NCBI GenBank assembly: GCA_900088475.1
Contig: FLMG01001010.1
Span: 124,001 to 188,000 of the forward strand
Origin: Hyphochytrium catenoides
Taxonomy: Eukaryota; Protista; Hyphochytriomycota
DNA length: 64,000 nt
Direction of reading: 5' to 3'
The translations under genes and the position numbers were made by a program. Positions 20,954 through 33,887 of this stretch are shown here, piece by piece (position 1 is the stretch's first letter; every line of letters starts with the position of its first letter). The notes below the pieces were generated by a model, which saw only the letters and a list, made by a program, of their open reading frames with translations, did no database searches and was not told where the DNA came from.

Positions 20954-23276
20954 TTATTTACCCTTAGTGCTTACAGGGCCAGAGCCCAGGAGGACGTTCG
21001 CCAACCCTCTCAGGCAAGAAGAGTACTCCTGCAGTACAGCTCTTTCCTGGTTGCAATAAAGGGCGGATAGCGTACCCTGTTCCCTGCTGATGACAGTTTC
21101 TGACGATGACTTGGGCGAGGTGTTGTCCAAGTCCTCTTCCTCACACAGAAGCATGTTGGTGGTAGGAGAGGGTGGCCTGACTGGGGCATTGCCTGGAGAG
21201 AAAGACGTCATTATCCAGTCAAACTCCACGACAGCTAGCGCTCCCGCAGTGCTGGCGTGCGCGCATCCCGCGGCTCTCTGCTACTATTTTGGTGCGGATC
21301 TGGTTGCTCACTACTTTGCCAAGACCAACCCGCACTCACTTCCCTTCTTACCTGGTGCCGCTCTTGCTGAAGCTTTGTCTCTATGCCCCGAAGCTCCTGT
21401 CTCAATCTTGGCGGTTCCACCCTCCCTTGCTTGGACTTCTGTGACCTTTCTCTTGGCACTGCCGTCTGCCTCTTCTCTAGCTCTTTTGCGGCCAGTTTCA
21501 CTCTCTTCTCTGGCCCTTCGTAGTTCAACTTCTGCTGCATGTAGCAGTACATCACATAAATTATCTAATGTCGAGTCTCTTACTGCTCCTGTCAAGGGAG
21601 AGGGGCGACTGTGGTCTGCAGGGTTTGGCATGGGAATCCTGCATTGACCGAAGGTTAGAAAAGACTTCTATTCGAGACTTTTGGAGACCGCTATGGAATG
21701 ATGAACATGGAAAAAGACAATTCCGGTAGATCGTAGTGCTTGACGGTCGGTATACATCCGGAAGGCGACACACACTGACATTTCTTGAGTGATGAGAAAA
21801 GCAGAACGTAGGAATAAAAGGCAATAGAAGTTCTTCTGTCGCTTGCCTTGGGTTGAAGACAAAGGAAGCGATCGGAGTCCTCCGATCTGGATGAAGAAGG
21901 AGAGGGATTGAGGAGATTGGAGCCACAGCATTGACAGCCCCAGCCTGTCCAGCAGTGGCCACCCCAAGCCTAACAGCTTCGGCATTGAGTCCCTCCTACG
22001 TCCACGACCCACGCAGTGACACGAAGAGTCAGTGAGGGCTTACAGGGCTCTCTCATCGACATAACGTGCAAGTGTGCTAAGGGAAGTACAGGCGAGGAAC
22101 AGCAATGTTGACGAGACCCAGGAAGAGGAAAGGCGAGGCAACAGAAACAGAGACAAGGGCTCTCACCACTTTGGGCTTCTTATAGGGCGAGGGTGAGGGT
22201 GTCGCTCCTGTCCCTCTGCCAAAGTCAGCTAGCTCTACGGCGTGGGAGCGCTCAGGACACCCCTCAAAGTTCTTACAGTCCTGACATTTGCAGTTCTCAG
22301 AGCAGAAAACTCCGTTCTGAAAGCACTCACAATATTTCTTGAGACAGTTGGATTTCTTGCAATGGCAACCCTTTGAGTGCTTGATGGCTGAGTGGGAAAA
22401 AGAAAAGGATAGAGGACAGCAAAAGGATCAGCGCATCCACAAACAGGGAGAACTCTAAAAGACCGACACCCATAGAGAAACAGATAGAAAACGAATCTGA
22501 TAGAAAACGCATGGATAGTGAGGCTAGGATGTTCCTACACTGACCTGAAAGAGCGTTTCCCGCTGGGCTGAGAGTTGGTGGGAAGATTGCAACGGGGAAA
22601 ACCCAGGAAGATGGACGGCGTCAGATCATGAAGAAAGCTAGATGCTTTTCCTACTTCTATACGAGATAAGTACTCTATCTACCTTGATGAGATCTTAGGT
22701 CTAAAGGCCGAAGGGTTTCTATCCAGCGTTGCTTGGATTGCCTCTTTCCGAATATTCTCATATTTCTGCGCGCGCAGATATATGCGCACATGGCAGAAGC
22801 ACTCAGTAAACGAGAGAGACAGAGAGAGAAGTAGCTCCACCAGATGGGGCGGATGAGGCGGATAGACTAGACAGGAAATGGTATATCAGAGAGAGGAAGG
22901 TACAGAGAGAGACACTACGTCGGAGGGCAGACGTATAGAGTTAGGGGAAAGATTTTAACATGAACCCCCGCAACAAGCAGTGTCGAGTGATGGAAAGGCA
23001 GGACGCCCCGATTCAAGTGACACCACCTCAGTCTAGACACAGACCACCATAGACCGTGCTTACCTCGTTGTTGAAACAGTTGGCGCAATTGCACGTCTTT
23101 AGGCAGTAGACTCCAGCCGCAAAGCATTCACAATAGAGCTTCAGACAGTTACTCTTCTTGCAATTACACTGCCGCTTCTTTGCTGAATCTACAAGTGAGA
23201 CCGGCGTCGCCTGGTAACCGGCTGAGCTCTGTGAGAGAGATGTTCTTTTCTGCGGAGTGAGGAGTTTCGGCTCCAT
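20954..23276 (-). CDS. LIN54: Tesmin/TSO1-like CXC-domain protein (LIN54/TCX, DREAM/MuvB subunit), about 7 exons
   Basis: CXC1 is [33 protein letters not shown]. The hinge is [19 protein letters not shown]2 is [38 protein letters not shown]. The C-terminus has LLCEE and [12 protein letters not shown] motifs. Confidence 0.93.
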
Positions 23277-24751
23277 CCTCTTGGTCTACCTTGTCTTCTC
23301 GACTCTGTCTCCTCTTTCTAGGATTTACCCTTTAGCGCTCTCTAGGAAAGAGTAACCGACATCTGTCGATCTACGATGCTCTCGTCCTTATTCAGTCCAG
23401 CATTTTCAGAGCAGAGGCCCAAGCAGCAGACACCCATCACTGCAAGTACAAAGTGGAGGAGAGTCTGAGGCCAAAGGTCGGTGCTCTTCGTAGCTGAGAA
23501 GATCGCAATGGAGACCTCGCAGATTTTCAGAGGAAACAGGGTAGTTCCGTCCAACGCCGCAGGTTCCGCTTCTTCCTGTTACTTCGTCGCTGGCTTTCCA
23601 GACTGTGCTAAAAGCTGTAAGAGCAGGTCAACTTGAGAGCTGCGGTTGCTTGTCAGAGGAAGTGGAGCCAATGAAGAGAGGAAGCAAGCCAAAAGCGTTC
23701 TTCGTTGCTTCTGATGGAGCTTCGTTCTCATCGCCGAAAGAGCGCAAGCGCTGAATTATGGCTCATCCATCGCGCCTGCACTCCCATGTCGTGCCTCTCT
23801 GCAGTCCAAGTCTAGTAGTTATACTAGGGTTCTCTGCGCTCTGTCTCGTCATGCATCTGGACTGATTTCACTGCGTTGGAGCAAACTGTCTCAACTCTCA
23901 ACCACTTTCTTGTATCTCTTGCGCATGGAACCATCATCTCGGCAATCTTTTTCTTTGCTGTTCCCCTAGGATCCGGCTTCTCTGTATGATCGCAAAGCCA
24001 CTCTGTCTCAGGACCTCATGTCCTGCTGCATTAGCCTGCCCTTTCTTGCTGTCATGAGACTGCCACTTCATATTTCAAACGAGACGGGTAGGGAGCCTTT
24101 GACCCAGTGTATAAAGTATGGGGAGGATGGGCGCGACACTCAACTATTACTAAGGTAGTAATCAGTCAATACTTATTCTGCAATGAGAAATAGGACAATA
24201 TTAGGCTTTTAGACTTAGGAAAGGAGTACGCTTTAGCACGAAGGGCAGCTTTATAAGGTTATCGGCATTATCAATATCATAGCTCCAACTACGTGACACT
24301 TGCTAATAGCGTGAACGCGAATATCTCCATGATTACTGAGAAATTGCTGGCCAACTTCTGACATCGTCAAAGCTCTCTGATGCCATCAGAACCGCGCCTT
24401 GGTCGTCGGCGCTTGGTAAACCGATTCGTCATCGCCTTTGAATCCAGCTGAGTGTGAGCTTGGCAAGGCATGGCAGGTTGTTTAGACTCCAGTTCCTCGG
24501 TATGCCCAGCATTATACTGCTATCCAAGGGCGCTGAGTTATAGGTGGGGAGAGTAGGAGCTAGGAGACAGGGACTGGGGGGGTAATTTTGAAGCATTTTG
24601 TGGATGTTTTGCGTCTATTGTTTGTCTGGTAGGTGAGTATATGTACTGTCTATGATAGTCTATGTCTGCCGGCAGCAACAGCGCTTAGGAAGATGCATTT
24701 GGACCGCCTTTCTACATGCCAAACCGCCGAGGAGAAGCAGGTGGCAAAGCT

Positions 24752-27700
24752 CTAGTGAGTGACAGCGCCTGTATGTGCGCTGGAGACTAGCTTGTAGTAC
24801 TTGGATAGAACTCCAGTGGTAAATTGGGGTTGATGAGGCTTCTTCCTCAATTGGCGGTCTGCAAGCTCCTCCTTTGAGACCTAGATTCCAAACAGGGGTA
24901 AGCTTGGTCTGTCTACTCTCCCGGTCTCTCTGCGCCATTTGCTATGCATCCCGGAGCTCCCTCTAGCTGTAAACCTTTGCCATGCCGAAAGCAAGCAGCG
25001 CACCCATCTGGCAGCCTTGTGTCGACCCTCATCGTTTGCCTTCTCAGGCACCATCGATGCACGGAAAGCTTCTTCTCTCACATCCTCTCACTACGTCGTC
25101 AATGACCTTTTGACTCAATGTATCTCAGTGCTTGCCCGAATGCGCCTACCTTGACATCCAGCCGAAGATTTCTTGGGTCTATTTCTATGATGTCTCCATC
25201 CTCAACAAGTCCAATGATACCGCCCGCCGCTGCCTCAGGCGTCACATGTCCCACACATATGCCGTGAGTTGCCCCCGAAAAGCGTCCGTCGGTGACAAGA
25301 GCCACATCTTTACCTGCATATATATATATAGGGCAAGTCAATTGGGACGGCAGCGAGTAGGGGAAAATAGAGTTTGGCTCTCCCATTTCGACAAGAGTAA
25401 AAGAGGGACATCAACCCCAATTTAGGAGGTGCTGAAAGAGTCCAAGCAGTGGAGCCTAACAGAAAGATTGGACGAGCGACAACGGTAGTAGTAGCGAAGA
25501 AAGCTCTGCGAGGAACCATCTGTACCTAAGCCAGCACCGTTGACGGCGGCTGTGACAGAGAGCATCTCAGGCATCCCAGGGGAGCCCTTGGGACCCTCGT
25601 TCCTGGGTTAAAGAAGGGGAGAATGAGATGAAACAGAAGAAGGGCCGCCATACTTGTAAAAGAGGGAGTTCTATAATTTAGACCAAAAGCAGAGACCATT
25701 CCTAGATGGAAAGGTAGGAACGGTCAGGCAGGGGTGATACTCTGAAGGATCTGCGAGCAGACAGCCGTATGATGAGTTATGGCCTACGTACCTGATAACT
25801 ATGACGCTTCCTTTCTCTATCTTTCCCTGCATGACCGCCTCAAAGGCAGCGGTTTCTCCGTCGAATACCTGTGCTTTGCCCTCAAACCTGTCAAGCACCT
25901 TGCCACTTAGCTTTAATACGGCACTCTCGGTGGCGAGGGAGCCTCGCAGAATCAAAATATGATTCCCCGCTGGAGACACCGGGGAATGGAAAGGGAATAT
26001 GACGTCTTGATCGCCTAGCTCTATTTGGAGGGGGATTTAGGAAGAGGGAGGTGATTAGTGTAACTGCATTGAGAGAGAGCAGTGTTGTCGGAAAGGACAA
26101 AGAGATGTGATTCAACGAAGTCCACACGAGAGCAAAATGGATTATAGTGGAATGAACGCCACCATGAACTACAATGGGAAATGCCAGGGGCCCAGAGCGT
26201 CAGTGAGAACAGGGGATATACCAATAACGCCAATACGAAGTGAAGGAAAACAGTTATGATTGAGGAGGTCCACGCGAAAAGGCATATGATGCTAGACGCA
26301 AAGCCCCAGGAAAGCGCGAGAAAGACACTAATCGGAGACTGGCGCAGATCTTGCCTTCTATATCCTTGACCTTAGCAAGGTTGTCGGCCACAGTCTTTCC
26401 AGTGACTGTGAGGCAGTCGCCGTGCACAAGTCCTGCCTTCATCAAGGCCTTCATAACCACAGGGACACCGCCCAGAGCATCAAAGTCAGACATGTGGTAC
26501 CTGAGAAAGACACAGCAAATAAACAAGCCCATGTCAGTACAGCATGCGTGGCTCCTCCTTCTATCGAATCAAAGTGTCAGCTGAAAGCGTCCACATGAAG
26601 AGGAAAACTTGCAGACATTAGCAGATATGTGACTTGGAAGCAAAGAAGGGCGGGCTTACGGTCCATGTGGGCTAAGGTTGCCTAGTATGGGGACTTGAGA
26701 ACCAATCTTCTGAAACTCGTCTATGTCTAGAGCCACTCCTGCCTCTCTTGCAATCGCCAGAATGTGAATGATTGCGTTTGTGGAGCCACCCAGAGCGTAT
26801 ATCACGGCAATGGCATTATGGAAGGCCTAGTGTAGGATAACAACGCGGATGTGAGGCATTCCAGGTTGGAAGAGCAGGGTGTAGGTAATAGAAGGAAGGC
26901 ATAAACGATCATCGATTCAAAGAGGACAGGCATGCCAACAGCCCCAGTCACAGAGCTCTATTGAATGCGTTTGTCGAAAGAACTGCACACATCCGGGCCA
27001 ATGAAAAAGGCCAATGGCAATCGAGTCAATGACGCTCGAGTCGCATCCTCGCCTCACCTTGCGTGTGAGAATATCCCGGGATCTGATTCCCTTCCTTAGA
27101 AGTTGGAACAAGGCCTTTACGGAGTCAACACAGTCCTGCTTCTTCTGATCAGTGATGCTGCAATGGTGAAGGAAGAGAGTTCAGTACTGCTGTTAACATG
27201 TCAAGCCGGAAACCTACCCTGTCAATTACGAACACTAACGCAACCAGCAGAAGAGAGTCAACAGGGAGGAAATGTAGCTTCCGCCTAAGACAGAGAAAAG
27301 AAATGGATAGAGCTTTCAGGTGTGGGCAAAGCCGTAAGATTTACAGGCTATCAAGCCTGGGACGCCTCCACCGCCAATTGGAGGCTGCCGTCTGTCCGTA
27401 TGTCGCTTCTTTCCTAATCTTACTTGTTATTTCTATCGACTACGGGATGGGAGGCGGTGTGGGGCAGTGACATGCCTAACGCCTCTATTGCCGCAGACAT
27501 TGTGTTCGCAGTGAACATGGCGCTGCAACTGCCGGAGCCAGGCAAAGAATGCTTCTCGATCTTCAACAGCTCTTCGTCCTGCATCTTGCCCAAGCCGTAT
27601 GCACCGATTGCCTCCATGACAACCTGGAAGTAATTCAGATCAAGAGTGGACTCCGGTTACATAACGTGAAGATATGTGGCAGTTTGACTCGTAGACAGCG

Positions 27701-29070
27701 TAGATTTTAGAGAAGTTAGGGAGGTACAATGAATCCACTGGGGAAAGTAAGAGTGAAAGGCCGACGAAATGTAGCGAACGGGTCACCAAAGTTCGTTGCT
27801 AGGAGAAAGACAGTACAAAGCAAGAAGGCGATCAAGCAAAAACCACACACCTTCCCATCAAGTCCTTTGCCCCCTTTCTCGTTGCTACAACCAGCACAGG
27901 ACCCCGGAAGCGCTGTACCTCCGTACAGTGTCAGCCCAATGCTGTTATGCCGTGGAATGGGCATCAAGGCTCCAGGGACTGACTTATCGCACCCTCCCAA
28001 CGTGATCACTGCGTCACACATGTAGCCCTAAGCCCAAGCGCACCGAGGGGTCAGGAGGCGTCAGGAGCGGAGTGAGCCACTATTGCAAAGGGAGTTGAGT
28101 TGTTAAGAATAGCGGAGACACAAAAGAGACGAGTATCTAGTAAAACTAAAGGATGTATAAAGATCCCAGTTTACTAAGCGCCCCCAACTAGGGGGTGCCC
28201 GTGCCATCTTCGCCTCTGAGATCTGAAAAAAGGCAGAGAAACTAACAGCCCCGCAAGATACCATCCCACTACGGCCCCAGCGTACCTCGTGCATGACCTC
28301 AATACTATCTGCAATATACTCTCTAGAGATGAGTGAGTACTTCATACCTAAGAGCCAAGAGAGAAGGGATATCAACTGCCAGTAGAGCCAAGAAAGAGGG
28401 GTCTAACAACACTGGCGGTCGGCCATATGCAAAAATATGTATACAAGGCAAGTAAAGTTGGACTATAGAAGTGATCCCCGGGTGCAGAAGAACATAACAA
28501 GGCAGAGCAAACTGTACACTGGGTTCAGGTAGTATAACGAAACTTTCCGCTTGCGCCACTCCTAAACTCCATACAGTAACCCTTACCATGTGTTCCGTTA
28601 GTCATTCCGTCGCTGATGATTGGCGTCCCCGCGTACAGGCTTCGTCCTCCCTCTTCCTCGATAGCCTTCATTATGAGATCTCCTAGCTCCCTATGACGAT
28701 TGTTACAGGGTAACGCATTGCTATAGGATATCCCAACAGTTATTATAGGCTTTCTGAAGTCGTCATCCTGCCAGCCCGCAGCACGGAGATTGGCCCTGGA
28801 GCATGTGGTAGCTAGGACAGAACCTGGGAGATGAGGAGCTTTGTCCTTGTCTCCAGTCAGATTCTTACTTCGAACCTTAAGAACCTCTAGATCCGAGAGG
28901 GAGGTGGTGCTCTCCCAACGACGCTGAAAGCAGTTGTCTCCAGTAAGTCCTCTCCTGACACTGGAGCGGCACTTTAGTGGTGAAGTAGTGAAGCTAGCAT
29001 GCATTTTCTTGTTCCACATCACTTACACAGCTGGCTTCAAAGGCCCTCTCCTGAGTGCAGTCGACAGCAT
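24752..29070 (-). CDS. ilvD: Dihydroxy-acid dehydratase (IlvD/Ilv3), about 12 exons, with a predicted mitochondrial presequence
   Basis: Motifs [110 protein letters not shown] and C-terminal [20 protein letters not shown]-terminus [15 protein letters not shown]. Confidence 0.96.
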
Positions 29071-29367
29071 ATTGCGGAACAAAACGCGACCCCGACTCCG
29101 TCCAAGGACTTTCCTCGCTTGGTCCGTTGTTGAAATGCCTCAAAGATGGCAATCAACACTCCTTCAGCTTGTGCAGATGTGTACCAAGAGGGGACAGCAG
29201 GACCGGGGTGAGGTTGAGCGGTCTCCGAAGTTGGCCCTCATCAACTCACTGAGCTTCCACGTGACAGAGATTCCCTATGATTCTGATATTGACGAAGCGC
29301 AAGTTGATGGCCGTGTGCTGCAGGGTGACTGCCGCCGTGGCTGAGATACGGACCCATTCTTACCACA

Positions 29368-29462
29368 ACAGCTGGTAGAAACCCAGTTAAGATTCAGCTC
29401 TGTTGTCATTTTTCTAATGTTCTAACTCCTAGTTCCGTTCAAGGGACAGGTGGTAGAAACCC
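29368..29462. promoter_or_regulatory. Twice-repeated 17-bp motif ACAGSTGGTAGAAACCC (E-box core) in a divergent intergenic region
   Basis: acagctggtagaaaccc at 29368-29384 and acaggtggtagaaaccc at 29446-29462, between the ilvD and membrane-protein starts. A regulatory role is inferred. Confidence 0.35.
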
Positions 29463-29567
29463 TCTAACCCTGCAAGAGAGCCAGTACAAGACTACAACTA
29501 ATGTTCGATACCGATATGTGATAACTAGATTGTGAATCGAATTGATTAATCGTCAGAGTTTGAAACC

Positions 29568-29617
29568 NNNNNNNNNNNNNNNNNNNNNNNNNNNNNNNNN
29601 NNNNNNNNNNNNNNNNN
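29568..29617. other. Assembly gap (50 N); smaller gaps at 19075-19078, 42588-42596 and 50156-50170
   Basis: Runs of N in the sequence. Confidence 1.
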
Positions 29618-29850
29618 CAAGCTTCACACTTCACACTTCACGAAGGCCATCGACGATCCTCACGGCAGATCGCGGACACTCCCACATCTCAACCGCTACT
29701 TCCTACTTCCAACAGCAGCACGAGGAGCTTGAAAGGCTCAAAGCTGTCCGTACACTAAGGGCAGTAGTTAGTGTCCACAGAGAGTCTTGTCCGTTTGCCC
29801 ATCGATAGAGGCCATTACGGTTCTGCAAGACTGCTCTGTGGACAACAAGA

Positions 29851-31081
29851 ATGGTTTCCTTGTCAGGGTTTGCTTGGCTTCTTGCCAAGAGCATAGTGGT
29901 GGCTGTGTTGCTACAGTGGTGGCTCCTGATGGCGCCGTATGAGGAAAAGGTACTCGGATTGGTTATGGCTGCATGCTTCTCAGGTAGGGCAAAATGCATC
30001 CCTTGTTGCTTTCCATCAAGGACTCATTCGACGGTTCTTTCGGTGACTGACACCAGTTATTGAGTACGTTTTTACTGCTACTACGACTGAAGACGAGGAG
30101 GGGACCGTTACCTTTACTCCTTTTCAGGAATCCCGTCGTAGTGGGCACACAACCTGGGCTCAGTTCTGGGTAAGGCTGTAGAAGGAGACTTTGTTTATGG
30201 CCGCGGTTGTCCTTCGCTGTGTACTGTATCTGCAACTTACATCCTCTCTTTATAGGCAAACGTTTGGTATATCCCACTTTTCTTCCCGAGATACCGCCAG
30301 CTCGTCCCCAACACTCTGCTGCGGATTGCCCTGTCGCCACTGAACCTCTGGGCACTAGAGATTGTAGAGGGATACCTGCTTATCTTCCTGCTAGGCAGGA
30401 ACGTTGCCTGGGAGTACAAGGGCAGATCCGCATACTGTCATGGTATGACAGTTTTGAAGGAGATATGATGGGACTTACCGTGCCTGCTGTCTAGCTCTTC
30501 AGCCCTCTGGCTTCTCGCCTACCTCTTTCACATGTCCTCGTTTCTCTCTTATATACGAAACAATGAGGTTTCCACTATGCAAGATGCTATAAGTCCGTCG
30601 CGTTCTACATTCTCAGCCATGACTTCTTCTTGTTGCCAGTTAGTAAACGCAGCCAAAGGACGCCAGCTTACCTTAAGCTTAGGTTCAGCAATATCCGTCA
30701 TCCGCAGGTGTCTAACGCCTCTTTGGCTTGCTGCTTGCAGGAAATGTCAAGTCGGACTATTGGATGCTATGGATTGCGTTAGGGGCCGCAATAGAAGCTC
30801 TCTATGACCCTGTCTCCAAGGCGTCGCTCAATTTCTTCCTCTTCCTGGAGCAATACGGACTCTCTTTGGATATCATCCTCTTCACCTTCATTATGATGAC
30901 TTTGCTCTGGCATCATCACGACATCTTCAACGCCTGGACACAGCCTGACCCAGTACCTAGCAGGAAGAAGACCGAACAAACTCCCCCTGCCGCTAGGAAG
31001 AATCCCACACAAACTCCGGTTAGAGGAGAGAAGACCACTCCTGAAGCACGGAGGTCTTCAAGAAGGGGCGGCCATTCATAA
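29851..31081 (+). CDS. Multi-pass membrane protein, TMEM229-like (4 exons)
   Basis: Spliced product MVSLSGFAWLLAKSIVVAVLLQWWLLMAPYEEK|ESRRSGHTTWAQFW|ANVWYIPLFF...NLWALEIVEGYLLIFLLGRNVAWEYKGRSAYCHG|NVKSDYWMLWIALGAAIE. The E-x3-G...W(D/E)Y...G-x-I/V...Y-x3-W pattern recalls TMEM229; that assignment is from memory. Confidence 0.7.
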
Positions 31082-31790
31082 TTTATAAGAGAAACGATGC
31101 ACTCGACCATGCGTGGCTTGCTCAGCTGCTCCTAGTGCTTTTTTTATCAGTCTATGCTTGCACTTCCCTTCCTATTCTCCCTTCTGTCTACTTTTTCTTG
31201 GTCAACCCACCGATTCTTCTTCTTCCGCGTGGCTTGTCAAGACAGCTGAATGCAAGAGAGAGAAGAGAGAGAGAGCAATGCCTCAATTGCCCGCTCAACA
31301 TATCACAACACTGTTAAAAAGTCAAAATGTGGTTACCTGAAGTAGAATATTCACGTAAAACATTAGACCTATCTATAAGAACGCTGTATTACCTAAGTAC
31401 AGGCCATGGTAAGACTAAATAGGACTATCTGAGGACCACATTGGCGACTAACGACTATTCCTGGCAGATACAGAGACAATAGATCTTTCAGTCCAAAAGA
31501 TCAGAGCTTTTGGGATCTTAGTCTTTTCGCAGTGTTCTGACCAAGCTTCACGAGGGTTCTGATGCCTTCATCATTTTATTATTGAGCTCAGAAGCTCCGT
31601 TCAGCCGCCAGCTCAATGAGTTGAAGACATCTTCAGCTCCAGCCCTTCCTTTGAGTGTGTCGAGCGCCGTCTCCTAGACTAGGAACGCCATCGCTCTGGG
31701 AGCCTTCGCTTCACTGCTTCTTGCTATAGTACCTTCTTCCCAAAGGTCGCATGGTCTGGGCTTGGTCAAACATATAGCTGGTGGCTCTAC

Positions 31791-33739
31791 ATGCTCTTTA
31801 AACACGTGCACAGCTCCTTGCAAAGAGTTCTTCTTTCTTGTGGGACAGTGCGATTGAAGTCTTACGCTATTGCTCCTCATCCCCCCGTTACTTTGAAGGG
31901 TAGTGGGCAGCGCTTTCCTGCTCGCAACGCCTATTCTACCATGTCAGTTCGCTCCCCGGTAGAGATTTATCAGGACAAGACCTGGATAATCTTCCAAAAC
32001 CTAAAAACAGGGCTGCTCCAGCACAAGGAGGTCAAATTTGTGACAGGAAATGAGGCGGCAGATGCTGACTCCATTGTTAGTGCCTTCGTCTTGGCGTTCC
32101 TCGAACATCACCGACCCAAACAGTCGGAGTTTGAGGTGGGACCTGCAGTTCGGGGTTAAGAGTTCCGTGGACAGATATGTGTTGTTCTTGTCCTCTGCCC
32201 AATCTCTGGCTCTTCCTTAGGTCTCCTTATTCGCCACCTACAGAGATTATCTTGCTTTCGTGTCCCGGTCCTTGCAACTCACTCTGATTCTCTCTGGGTC
32301 ACCCTCGCCGAAAGCGGGTTGCTCAACCTCTGAGGCAGCTCCATTTCTTCATCGTTGCTCTTTCCTTGGACATTGCACCAGTGTCCATTCGTTGATAAGC
32401 TAATTTGTCCATACCCTCATATTTCCAGGAGGCCTGGCTTCCTCTAGTAGCCATTCCTCGAGAGGACGTGTCGCTGCGGATGGAAACCGTTGCTCTCTTC
32501 GAGAAGCTTGGTTTGGACTGCAAGCGATTAATTTTCGCAGATGATGCCGATGACTTCATAACCGAGACATTGGCGGCACAGACAGGGCGAGAAGTTCCTC
32601 CAACGTCGGCCCCCGCAGCTGCACTGCCTCTTTCTACCCCGATCAAGGTTATTTTAACCGATCACAACGTCCTGCCCTCACATAGAAAAGGCTGGGTGTC
32701 AGCGGTCCATCACATCATTGACCATCATATCGACGCAGGGCAGTATGAGTGGGTTAATGGAGAAAAAAGGGTGATTGCCTTTGACCCTGCAGAGAAAAGG
32801 GCCTTGGTCGGCTCCTGTTGCTCTCTTATCGCGGAGAGGTACTTGGCCCTCACGGGAAAGGATGCAGAAGGAGAGGGTGAAGGACCAACTTTGGATCCAA
32901 GGTTAAGCACCTTGCTGTTGGGGGTCATTCTATTGGATACCATGAACCTAGACCCCGCAGCTAAGAAAGTGACGGAAAGAGACATCAAGGCCGCAAAGGC
33001 ACTTGAGAAGTTCAGTCTCATTCCAAAAGAAAGCCTCTTCCAATGGTTGCAGGTAAAGTCTCTAATTCAGCCAGTGTCCTTTCCTCTTTGTCTTTAGCTT
33101 CTAATGGCCTTCGGTCTGTTTCTAACTAATCAGACCACATGTCTTAGCGGTTCTTGTGCGGACCCCTTTCATGTTCCTTCTCAGTTGTCCGGCCCCTCCC
33201 GCTTTCGTTTGTGTGTCACTATCATGGAACAGATGAACAGGGTTTATGTCTAACGTATCGTCCGTGGTCTCTTATATTAGAGTGAAAAATTCAACCCAGC
33301 CGCTTGGGCCGCTTTATCAGTTAGAGCCTGCTTGAAGTATGACTATAAGCAGTTCCCCTTGGACCGTAAAGGGAGCGAAAAAGAGAGGGAGTTTGGGATG
33401 AGCTCGACCCTCATTTCCACGGCCAACTTCATGGCCAAAAGCACCGACCTCCCAGCACAGCTGCGTGACTGGGTGGCAGAAAGAGGAATCATTTTTCTGA
33501 TTGTTCTGAGTCTCACAATGGACGAAGGTGTGCCCAGGAGAGAGATGCTTCTCTTTTGTGAGGACTCCACTCTACTCGAGAGAGTAAAGGAGAAACTCCT
33601 GGGTCCTGATGGCATCCAGGTGGTAGAGCTAGATAGTATTTCTCCTTCCATAGCCAGATATCAGCAGGTTGATAGCACCCTTAGCAGAAAACAGCTAGCT
33701 CCGATGTTCGGGAGCATTCTCAACTCGGTATTGGGCTAA
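31791..33739 (+). CDS. PPX1: Exopolyphosphatase PPX1/prune (DHH + DHHA2), 3 exons; second in-frame ATG at 31941
   Basis: Motifs GNEAADADS, ILTDHN, IIDHH, VGSCCSLIAE, ILLDTMNL, LKYDYKQF and LSRKQLAP. Confidence 0.93.
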
Positions 33740-33887
33740 GAGTTGGGCCCTGGAAAGCAGATCGAGCTGAAGATACGAGTAGCAAACAGCAAACTTTCGG
33801 GGCCACAGGCACCCGTGGCACTGAGTCCCTATTGTTGGCCATGTAAAGTGTGTGATACGGGTTCACCCTCTTGTCCCCTTCATATCT

